From positions 1,054,001 through 1,118,000 of the forward strand of contig LSRY02000003.1 in NCBI GenBank assembly GCA_001643675.2: 64,000 nucleotides of DNA, given 5' to 3'. The notes below the pieces were generated by a model. The model had not been told where the DNA came from. It searched no databases and saw nothing but the letters and a program-made list of their open reading frames with translations. Each line of letters begins with the position of its first letter. The first letter of the stretch is position 1. Origin of the DNA: Monocercomonoides exilis PA203 (lineage: Eukaryota; Protista; Preaxostyla). The position numbers were made by a program, and so were the translations under genes. Positions 22,874-33,220 of this stretch are shown here, piece by piece.

Positions 22874-25585
22874 GTCAGGGAAAAAACCCGCACAAAATAC
22901 GAAACTTGTGCACATGGGCTCAAAATTTAAAAATTGCCATTAGCATAATCAAAACACTAATAAAACGGGAAAATTCTTATTCCGTTAAGTATATTTTTTG
23001 TTTTTTGTTGTCATTCCATATTTTTATGGGTTTATTCACTTAACAATTCATATTAACAACATGTGAAAATGCAAAATAAGTATTTGTTAACCATTTAAAT
23101 ATATAAAAAGTTACTTCCTTATGAGGAAAAGTTTGATTTGTTTTATTGTTATTTGTTGTATTGATAATTATTAGCTCGAAACTTACAAAAGAAGACTAAA
23201 CAAACAATCACATTTTTCCTTCGATTATCATATGAAACAGTGTAATTCTTTCTGTCAAAAAATGAAGCAAAGAAGATAAATGGTATAAAATCTGATTTTC
23301 ATTTTAGAAAAAGTTAAACTCTTAATGAATAGTTCTTTTTTCTGTTCCAGAAATAAAAAATTTTTTTATAATTGCTTCTTATGATTTTATTTATGAAAAT
23401 GCACTTTAAAACGATCTTCGATTCATTATGAATGATTGTTTGATATATTTTTTTGATCTCACATCGAATATAAATCATTATAAATGTTGATAGTCTTTTT
23501 TTCATTTTTAACAGTTTTATCAAAATATTAAAAAAGCATTCGATAAAAAATAAATTATTATTAATAATATTAATATAATATTAATTAAGAGTCACAGCAC
23601 AAAAAAAATTTGAAAATTTGAAATAAATAACGAAATAATCAACATCATTTTTTTGTGTAAATGCAAGCAATCCTTTATCCTGTGATAAACTTTATCAAAA
23701 AACTCATCTGCACTTTCTTGAAGTTGTTTCGTATTACATTACTTTATGCAGCATTCCTTTCTCATTTCTAAGTTTTTCAGGCCACAGAAATTTTTATGAT
23801 GTCAGAATCAATGACAATCGCTTCCAATTTATCCTTTTTCAGTCCATAACAGAAGTTCCTTCTTGTGAAGTGGTTTTCAGTCCTTGTCTTGCCTCCTCAC
23901 TGAATTTGTTCATTAAACGCACATGCAAACAATTTCTTCATTTTTCACTCTATCTCTTTTGTGGGTATTATCTCTCCTCACATCTCAACTTTCAGCAAAT
24001 TTGACATATGTTTTATGTTTTTGATGATTGTTGATGGTAAAACGTCATCAAAGAATTGCGATTTGCTGATTTTTTCTCATTTCATTCTTTCATTAATACC
24101 TGCTGTCTGTATTTGAGTGACTATTTTTAATTAAACATCAATTTGAAATTCTAATTCTTCAAAACAACTTTTTTTGAACAATGGCTAAAAGTGTTAGATT
24201 GAGTGGTGTTGTCAAAACTCGCATCAAAATAATCGAACTAATTCATCTTTCGTTTTCAATTTGAGATATAATTGTTGTAAGTCTTCAACAGTACCATGTT
24301 TGTGCACCAAGTTGCAGAGTCACAACCATATTTGCATGATGATTTCCACTTTCGAGGAAACATTTTTCCATAAACCTTTCAAAGAAAAAATAACTAAAAC
24401 TCATTTCCTTTGCTTCTTTGTTTTCCAGCTGATAAATTCATTAAAGAGTACTTTCGAATACTCAGTGACTGCTTTTTCACAAACAAAATGAACAAAAAAT
24501 ATGGAAATATCAACAAGTCTGATAGATCTCCCAAAAACGTTTCAAAATTCCATTCTTCTTATCACAATCATGTTGCAATGTGAATTTTCTATTTTAAATT
24601 TTGGTGCAAAGTTCTTGTTGCTCATTTAGACAAGCTATGACATATAATGTTATTCTCATCTTTCAGAAAAACTTAATAAATGCAAAGATCGAAAATCCAA
24701 AATTCTCTATTCATATCTTAAATTACTTTCGTTTTCTCTAAAAGAAAATTATTTTATTACAAAATGAACAGATAATATTCCAAGGATCGAATTGAACAAC
24801 GAATGATCAATCAAACTTGAATGTTCACCTGTTCAGTATGCAACAAATGTGTAATTTGAAAAATGTGTTATCTTCATTTTATCTCTTTCACAATTATAAA
24901 TTAAATTAAGTTGCTTTTTTTGTATTCAATTGGATATATATGATGCGATACATAACCATTATTTAGATGTGTCAAACTCAAATTGTGATGTTTTTGCATT
25001 AGTACAGAAAAATCATTTCGTTGAATTAAATCTTTCAATCAATAGTATGTATTTTAGCTTTTCAAATTATTATCGTTGATGCTCAATCTCTACAAATTAT
25101 TCTGATAAAAGATCTTTATGATTTTTATAAAATCTATCATATCTATTCTGTTTCAGAAATATTTGTATTATGTCCTCATAAACGTTTCAAAATGCTTTTA
25201 TCACATGGACAAAAATGTGTTTTTCATTTCAGGTCTCACTTTTTTATGCTCTTTGTACACTTCATATTCCCCCCCCCCCCCCCCCCTTCAAACAAGTATA
25301 TTCATACAAGAAACTTTCATTTTTTCTTCATTGAACATAAAAGAAATAAGACAAGAAAAGTCAACAGAATGACAAAAAACTTTTTAATTTGGAATAACTG
25401 AACAGTGGAGCGAACTCAGATCAAATTTCCCTTATACAGAATGTTTTGTTTCTAAAACAGAAAAATCACCTTAATGCACAATGTTTCTTCCAAAATGAAC
25501 GCTGATTTATATATACATAATTAATGAAGAATATATTAAGCCTATGTGCACGAGTTTTTTCCCCAATGTGGGTTTTTTCCCTAAC
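22874..25585. mobile_element. Degenerate TIR-bounded non-autonomous element, related to the 27468-28154 foldback
   Basis: Left end TA|GTCAGGGAAAAAACCCGCAC..AAACTTGTGCACATGGGCTCA; right end, reverse-complemented, GTTAGGGAAAAAACCCACA..AAACTCGTGCACATAGGCTTA. Both have the duplicated GGG..AAACCCG unit seen in the foldback TIR. The right-hand TA is not intact. Confidence 0.5.
23660..24500 (-). pseudogene. Highly decayed fragment, possibly of the same expanded family as 38140-39579
   Basis: Scattered motif remnants in different frames (MSNLLKV ~ HLLKVAL; NKFSEEARQGL ~ LHFAREASSEM; RINWKR ~ CIDWRKR) with many stops; weak similarity. Confidence 0.3.
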
Positions 25586-26126
25586 AATAACTCCAATTAA
25601 AAGCATCTCTGTCTTTGTTTTTTTATAAAACATTTCTCTTGATACAATTAAAATGAATTTCACATTTCAATGTTAACTTATTTTCAATTTGAAAAAAGAA
25701 TTCATTCGTATTCACACTTCTAAAAAAATGATGTTTTCATAAATAATTACCCATTTTTTCGAAATTTTTAATTTTTGTTAATAAATATTTGCATTGTGAT
25801 ATTTCTTCAAAAATTAGACATGCACTTAAACCTTAAATATCCATGTTTTTTTTATGATTTTAAATATAACATTAACAACTTTGAATAATCTTTTTTCGTT
25901 TCGAATTAAAGTTTTCTATCTAGAATTTAACTTTTTTGATCAAAAAGAATTTTAGGTTTGTTTGTTTTCAAATGAACAAATAATTAAAAAATTCTCTATT
26001 CAATTATTTTCCTTATTATTTATCATCAAAGATAATGAACAATTGTAATTATCACAAACAGTAACATAAAACATAAAATAATATGTGAGATTTTAAGTGT
26101 TTAATAAAGAAAACAATATTCGGGCA

Positions 26127-26386
26127 AATAAAATGGCTAATTTTTTTTTTTTGAAAAGTGACTTTTGTTTTATTTTCAAATAAAATAAAAATTTCATATT
26201 TCGATCAAATTTTTTTCCTTACTTGAGAAACTTCACAAAAATGAAAATTATAACATTGTAAAGATTTTATTTTCGTGACAGTGAAATTTAGCGAGTTGGA
26301 ACAAAAATTTGATCGAAATATGAAGTTTTAATATTATTTGAAAAATAAACAAGTCACTTTTCAAAAAAATTAGTCAAATTTTTATT
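26127..26386. repeat. Imperfect foldback (~120-bp arms), MITE-like
   Basis: Left arm ..ctaattttttttttttgaaaagtgactt..ttttcaaataa..ttcatatttcgatcaaatttt.. is the reverse complement of ..aaaatttgatcgaaatatgaa..ttatttgaaaa..aagtcacttttcaaaaaaattag.., with mismatches and indels. Confidence 0.75.
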
Positions 26387-26815
26387 CTTAAATTTTTTTT
26401 TACAAAATAAATATTCAGATAGTGCAAAAAATTCCGAATAAGATGGATTTCACAATAACCGTGAGATGTATAATTCTGACAATTTCCCTCAAAATATATT
26501 TTATCAATACAAATTCATGTGATATACAAAACTTTCAAAATAGCCATATTTGTGGTCAAAAAATATTATTATAATTATCTCGGAGAAACTCAAAAATATA
26601 TTTCCCCGATATATCGAAAAATAGTTTTTTCTATATTCAGTCTTTATGAAAATGAAAGTCTCTTGCATCATCTGAGTTAGCATTGTGAAGAGATATTTAA
26701 AGTTAAATTGTCAGAAAAATTCCTTCTGCAGTTATAGAGTAATCGATATTGTCAGGTATTTTGTGCACGTTCTATATATTCTTCTGTCATATCCATATAA
26801 GAGAAATGTAATTAA

Positions 26816-27267
26816 ACATGTGTTACAGATTTAAAAAATTTTTGCCACTTCCGTCAGGAATTAAAAATCCACGTCAGTATTGGTATTAAAAAAAAAAATA
26901 CTATTTTCTCTGATTTTTGGAATTTTCGTTACACATATCAAATTTTATTTATATATTCATTTTATTTTATTCTTCGAACTTTTCTTTGTTTCATAAATTA
27001 ATTAAAAACTATTTCCTTGAAGAATACTGACTCCATTAACAGTCACTGACTTCACTGACTATCCGATGATCAATTCATTTCAAATATGATTTTTTGTCAA
27101 TATCCTTTTAAAATAATGTGTTTTTATTCTTCACTTATTTTTGTTATATTTGATAATATTTGTATTAAAAATTATTGTTTTTATAATTAAGGTTCTGACG
27201 TGAAAATTATCTGTCGGTCCGTTAGAAAACCAATTTTGTTTGTCATCAGTCACGAAGTGACACATGT
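26816..27267. mobile_element. Putative TTAA-flanked MITE (short TIR ACATGTGTYAC)
   Basis: TTAA|ACATGTGTTAC ... GTGACACATGT|TTAA, with subterminal inverted CACGTCAG/CTGACGTG. A related degenerate end (CTGACG..TGACGGACGTGGC vs TGACGGAAGTGGC) occurs at ~3250-3313. Confidence 0.45.
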
Positions 27268-27465
27268 TTAAATGTAATTATTCAAATAATAATAATTATT
27301 ATAATAAAGAAAGAAAAAGTAAGAAAGGGAAAAAAAATATACAAAATATCAAAACAATTCAAAAACAAAAAAAGATTCATTAAAAAAAAGTTGAACAATA
27401 TTATTTTAGCAAGAAAGTATCGTTTTTAATTTAATATATTCATGAATTGACAATTTTTTGCATGA

Positions 27466-28156
27466 TAGTCGGGGTGGAAACCCGAGCCAGGGAGGAAACC
27501 CGAGCCAGTGATCTTTTTTCGAATATTTTTCATTTTTTTCATTGATGAACAATTTAAAAAAAACGAAATAATTTCACATTATAATACATGTGAATATGCT
27601 GGTATGCATGCGGTTTTCGTGTTTCTTTGTTGAATGTATCTATGAAAAAAAAATATTTTTGATCAAAAAATTTTTTCAGTGAAAATTTTTATAAATTTTG
27701 AAGAAGAAGAATTTTCACATTTTGTCATCATTTTTGTATATTACACACACATGCAATTCGTTTACACGTGTTTTCAATTTTCTTCAGAGGCTCGTTGCGT
27801 AATGTGAGAAATTGACCCGTTTAGCAACGAGCCTCTGAAGAAAATTGAAAACACGTGTAAACGAATTGCATGTGTGTGTAATATACAAAAATGATGACAA
27901 AATGTGAAAATTCTTCTTCTTCAAAATTTATAAAAATTTTCACTGAAAAAATTTTTTGATCAAAAATATTTTTTTTTCATAGATACATTCAACAAAGAAA
28001 CACGAAAACCGCATGCATACCAGCATATTCACATGTATTATAATGTGAAATTATTTCGTTTTTTTTAAATTGTTCATCAATGAAAAAAATGAAAAATATT
28101 CGAAAAAAGATCACTGGCTCGGGTTTCCTCCCTGGCTCGGGTTTCCACCCCGACTA
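27466..28156. mobile_element. Perfect foldback MITE: 333-bp inverted arms including the TA at each end, 25-bp spacer; Tc1/mariner/pogo-type
   Basis: 27466-27798 is the reverse complement of 27824-28156, with no mismatch found by eye; spacer GTAATGTGAGAAATTGACCCGTTTA. The terminus TA|GTCGGGGTGGAAACCCGAGCCAGGGAGGAAACCCGAGCCAG contains a tandem GGAAACCCGAGCCAG motif. Symmetry stops exactly at the TA. Confidence 0.9.
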
Positions 28157-28160
28157 GATG

Positions 28161-28232
28161 GCCCTTATAGCATAGTGGCAGTGCGTATGCCTCGTAAGCA
28201 TAAGGTCGAGGGTTCAATTCCCTCTGAGGGCT
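28161..28232 (+). tRNA. tRNA-Thr(CGT)
   Basis: GCCCTTATAGCATAGTGGCAGTGCGTATGCCTCGTAAGCATAAGGTCGAGGGTTCAATTCCCTCTGAGGGCT. Acceptor GCCCTTA/TGAGGGC, anticodon arm TATGC-CT CGT AA-GCATA, T-arm GAGGG-TTCAATT-CCCTC. Confidence 0.96.
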
Positions 28233-28235
28233 AAA

Positions 28236-28241
28236 TTTTTT
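28236..28241 (+). terminator. Pol III oligo-dT terminator of tRNA-Thr
   Basis: T6 run 3 nt after the tRNA end. Confidence 0.55.
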
Positions 28242-28295
28242 CATAATTGTTAAGGTTATATAATTTTTATTTTTTGTAATTATTTTTTTGTGAAT

Positions 28296-31018
28296 ATGGA
28301 AACAAGACAAGCGAATTTGCAAGACATATTAAAGTTTTATAATTTCATTTATATTTTGTTGATTATTTGCTGTACTTTTAATATAGATGGTCGCTTCAAT
28401 ATTCGGAGCCACTTACAGATGAACAAAAAAAAGATTTGAAGCCTATTGTGTGTAATTTGGAATTGAGATTTTTTCATAGATTTATTTTGTTAAATGTTTT
28501 GCTAATGATATTTTGTTCTTTTTTAATTTAATCAGGATAAAAAGTGGTTTGACATTATGTTCCCAAGTACATTCAAGCAGATGCAGGCGTGAAATAAGAA
28601 AAAATTTTTTATCAAAATGATTTACTTATTTACAGGAAGATATAGTGGCGCTGGATCCTCTTTTTTCAGTGTCTGTTCGAACAAGATCTGTTGAAGATCT
28701 TTCAGATTTGTGTCTGAACATTGATAACGCAAGCGGTTTGTTCATTCATTAGAGCGGGTCACAATTTTTTATTTTTTCGTTTATCATTCAGATCTCTTGA
28801 AGATTTCTTCATCGCTGCAGTCAATTATTTATTGCCTTCAAAGTTCACCTGAAGAGTCAATTCGATCTTATCAACAATTTGAAGAATATATCAAAATAGT
28901 TGATAAAAAGCTTGTGAAAGAGAAAGAAAAGCAAAAATCTAGCGAAAATTCAGAACCAAAACTTCAAAATGCATCACTTCCTTCAAGAGACAAACTTATT
29001 GCTGAATATTCATGGAAGAAATTCGCTGAAGCATTTTATCGCATGACAGGAAAGCGTGCAGAAGGAGACGAAGACGAAGATGAAGACGAGAAAGAGAAAG
29101 AGAAAGAAGAGAAAGCAAAAGCCGACGAGAAAGAAGACGACGACGAGTATCCGTGGTGTGCGCGGGACAGAATCAAAATCGACAACCCGACACAAATGAG
29201 CGACGCAGAAAGGAGCGCTGCACATTCGAAGCTGCGGATGGTGACAGCACGTTGTGTGAACTATCTTGCTCAGAACCACCCGCAGCTGCAGATTGAACTG
29301 ACGAATGCGGGAATGATTGAGGAGCTCATGTCCCTGCTAAAAAGAGACAGTGCGGCGCTGTATCGGAAGGGCGGAAAGGAAGAGAAAGACGAAGGCAAAG
29401 TTGAAGACGAGAACGGCAAAGAGGAGTGTTTGATCGATGAGAACCAGTTTTGGGATGAAAAAGCGGCGGCTCTGTCTGCACTGTCTGTTATTGTTGATCA
29501 GCACAAGCCGGCGGTGCTTCGCTTTTTGGCGGGAAATGGCTTTGAGATTGTGGGAGATATCATCAAATACGGAAGTATGAGACAAAACTGAATGAAATGG
29601 AGCGCAGTAGAGATGGAGGTGAAGAGCTGTTTGAAGCAATTTTTGGTGTTGACTTGAATCTGAATGAGACTTTTTATTTATTTATGTATTTATTTGCTTA
29701 TTTATTTATTAATTTTTTAATAATATTTCAATAAATCCCAATGATTACCAAAATCCTTTAATGTAATTATCCATCAAACCAGACCAACGTGCACGCATCA
29801 AAGCTCTTTTCTTTGCGAAGAAGCTGCTCCAATACGAAGAAGAAGGGCTGAACGGGAACGAGAAGTTTGTAGAGGAAAGAAAGAAGTGGAAAGACGAAGA
29901 AACTGGATCATCATCATCATCTTCTTCTTCCTCTGGCTCACACTCACAGCTCGATTCACAAATAGAAGCGATCAAGTCAGCAGTGAAGAAGGCAACAGGG
30001 AAAGACGTCGTTGTGGCTTTCAACCCGAAAGAAGAGCAAACAGAAAAAAGTGACTCGAAAGCGAAGCACAATGAATCTAAGAAGGCCAGCCAAAGATCCA
30101 ATGACAGTACAAATGACTCATCATCATCATCATCATCATCTTCTTCTTCTTCTTCTGCTTCGATGGGCAAATGCTGCAAGTGCGACAAAGATGCCTCGTT
30201 CCGATGCTCCCGCTGCAAAAAGGCGATGTACTGCAGCAGGGAATGCCAAATGGCTGACTTTCCTCAGCACAAGCAAGTCTGCGTATCATCACAATCTTCT
30301 TCTTCTTCTTCCTATTCTTCTTTGCCGGCAACTCGTGCCATTGAAGGGCTGGTGGAACAGGCTGCAGCATTGCTGCCTGCTGCGTGCTCTTTCCTTGCTG
30401 TGCAGTTGGAATCAATGTTTGTCGACAAGAAAGAAGAAGAAGGAGGAGAAGGAAAAGATGAGTCTGCAAAAGCGTCTGGCTCTGAAATAAGCGATGCGAA
30501 TGAAGCGTTGTGTGGACAGATAGCAGATTCACTCGAATTTGTATGTGATTTATCCTTTCACAATTTTCGATTTACTAATTTCTTCTTCTTTTTTTCAAAA
30601 AAAATGAATTTTTTGATTTGATGAATGTAATTTTCAGATTGCTCCAATTCTTGTGTCGCTTCAAAAATTGCAAAAAAAGAATGCAAGTTCTTCTTCTTCT
30701 TCTTCTTCTGCATCTGCCTCTGGAAGCAGTGGCGTGCCTTCTGACATGATTCATTCATTTACTTCACTCTGTGAAAGAACTGTTAAAGAACTGAATCAGA
30801 TCAAAATTTATTCCGTTTCGCAGGCTGTGGAGTTGCAAAAGAAGAAAAATTCCATTCAAACAACAAAAAATAAGATTATATCCGAAGCCGATGAATTGGA
30901 TGATGAAGAAATGGATCTTATCGATCAAATTACAATGAACAAGGAGAGAAGAGAAGATTGTGATAGACTCATCCAAAATTTGAATAATTCGAAAAAACAC
31001 TTTCAAAGTCTATTTTAA
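28296..31018 (+). CDS. FES1: Hsp70 nucleotide exchange factor Fes1/HspBP1 (ARM-repeat) with inserted MYND zinc finger; ~7 exons
   Basis: Spliced N-terminus METRQANLQDILK|WSLQYSEP..|DKKWFDIMF..|..VEDLSDLCLNIDNAS|DLLKI, followed by TARCVNYLAQNHPQLQ, KAAALSALSVIVDQHKPAVLRFLAGNGF and RIKALFF, all matching Fes1/HspBP1 motifs. MYND finger CCKC..CSRC..YCSRECQ..HKQVC at 30172-30282. Confidence 0.8.
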
Positions 31019-31131
31019 ACATTTATAACATTTCATTTATAACCATTCGCCGTATTTTTATGTTTGGCAAATTGCTTTAATCGAACATACAATAAAAATT
31101 GATCACATCTGAAATATAAAATTTATTTTTT

Positions 31132-31738
31132 ATGTCTGCATCATATTTCACTTTTAGACTTATAGACGGTCAGCAAGTGACCGTTCGCAAAGAAATTGTT
31201 CGTTTTATGAAATCTGTTTTCATTGTCGCAGAGGTACAGAATAACATGCATCTTTTTTATTGAAAATGATAAGGAAAATTAAACTTTGAAATAGGTTGCT
31301 TCAACTTCGGTAAATGCAAATGAAACACTTGATTTTGATATCACATTATCTGTTTTTGAGCTTATCGTTGAATTCATTTCGCATCATATTGAAGAGACAC
31401 ATGAAAATGATTCCAGGCTAATGTCTGAAAACTGGGAACAGCAGTTCATGCAACGTTCAATGGATCAGCTTCCTCAATTATTTGAAGCGGCCAATAAGCT
31501 CGGAGTTGATTTATTATTAAGCTTCCTTTGCGATCAAATGGCTAATGCAATCAGAGGAAAATCTGCTGGAGACATAAGAATGCTGCTCGACATACCAAAT
31601 GATTTTTCTGATAAAGAGAATGATGCAATTGCTTTGTGTGCATTATTTTATTATTTATATTTGCACTTATTTATTCTTTTTTATTCCTTTATTCATTCTT
31701 TTTATGATAGAGAAACTCAAATGTTTCATGTGAAATGA
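31132..31738 (+). CDS. SKP1: SKP1-family protein (divergent), 3 exons
   Basis: MSASYFTFRLIDGQQVTV..|..VFELIVEFISHH..WEQQFM..LFEAANKLGVDLLLSFLCDQMANAIRGKSAGDIRMLLDIPNDFSDKE matches the Skp1 POZ and dimerisation motifs. Confidence 0.85.
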
Positions 31739-31959
31739 AAAATATTTATGAATGCATCTTTCAACGATTTACCAAAATACCGAGCCCTATGAAGTATAAG
31801 CTTTGAAATGTTAATCATTCAAAGATAAAACGATTATTTCGAAGATTATTAGCCCATAATCGATTAATATTGTCAAATATTCATTTCAAAAGTTGTTTTC
31901 CCTTCATTGAGTAAAAAATGTTAAAAATTGACATAAGCTTAATTTCTAAGTATATTAAT

Positions 31960-33220
31960 ATGACATTCCCTTCTCTATATAAGCAACCAATTGAACTTCC
32001 TGAAGAGCTAAAAATTTCTGTTACTCATTCTGTGAACATAATTCTTTTAGCAATTGATCGACTTGGGTTTATATCAATTTTTGAAATCATTTTTCAGATT
32101 TGTACTTCTTTATAGGATTGAGAATGTTTTATTTTTTTTTAATGGAGGAAAAGATTCAACAGTACTTTTTCATCTTTTGAGACTGAGTCTTTTCATTTAT
32201 GAAGACCACAAAAGCCATATTGAATATGATGATAATCTATCTTCAAAATTCAATGAATGTTTTTCTCAATTTAACTCCTATATTTTAAGCCATCCGATTG
32301 ACAAATCATTTTTTGAGTCAAGCGGTTCTCTTCCTGCGCTTTCTCCATCTCCTACAATGCACAAAGATCTTGAATCTTGTAAAGCATGTTCATCTTCTTC
32401 ATCAAGCTTTGAGAAAGATTCGACTACTGAAGCCCATATCGAAGATGACAATTTGAAGAACAAGTTGCCATCTCCTCAGTTGATAAATTCATTTGTAACG
32501 GTATTTGTTAATGATGAAGTTGATGAATTTGACGAAGTGAGAGAATTTGTTTTATCAACTTCTTATGATTATGGATTGAAATTGATGGTTCCAACAATGA
32601 AGGGACTGCCTTTTATTACTATCATCAATAGAGTCATGGGAGATCATTTGACAGCTCATAAATCTGTTGACGAGCAACCACCGCCTTTGGGTGTTTTATT
32701 AGGAGTTCGACGATCGGATCCACGTTCAGGTATTTAATTTTATTCCAAAGAAAAGTTAATTTATATGTTGTTTTTTTATCAAAATTAACAAAAAAATTTT
32801 CAAAATTCAGATAAACTAGAATGTTTCACATTTTCAGATGTCGAATCTGGCTGGCCACCAATGCTTCGTATATTTCCGATTATTGACTGGGGTTATTTTA
32901 CAATATGGTCATTTTTGCAATTGTTTAATGTTCCTTTTGTTTCTTTGTATCGGATGGGGTTTGAATGATCATTTGTGAACAAAATTACTGTTTATTTCAT
33001 TTTGTCTTTCCGTTCTTTAAATATTTTTCATGCTTTAACTTTATTATTTTCCAGTTACACATCTCTTGGACCTCGAAAAACCACAGTGAAAAATCCACAT
33101 CTTGCTGTTAAAGAGGAAGGAAGTGAAGAAATATCATATCGTCCTGCCTGGCTTTTGGAAAAAGAAGAGTGGGAAAGAGACGGTCGCATCCCAAGCAGCA
33201 AAAAACTGGAAAGCAGTTGA
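31960..33220 (+). CDS. FAD1: FAD synthetase (FMN adenylyltransferase, PAPS-reductase fold), 4 exons
   Basis: Motifs FNGGKDSTVL, GVRRSDP, GWPPMLRIFPIIDW, SLYRMG|YTSLG, NPHL, YRPAWLL and ERDGR, joined across GT-AG introns. Confidence 0.9.

Noticed and set aside
27468-27510. Tandem GGAAACCCGAGCCAG repeat as a CRISPR-like or telomeric repeat
   Set aside because: Only two units with a 2-3 bp gap, located at TIR ends; no spacers or cas genes, and the context is eukaryotic.
28077-28322. 81-aa minus-strand ORF
   Set aside because: It overlaps tRNA-Thr and the foldback arm; spurious.
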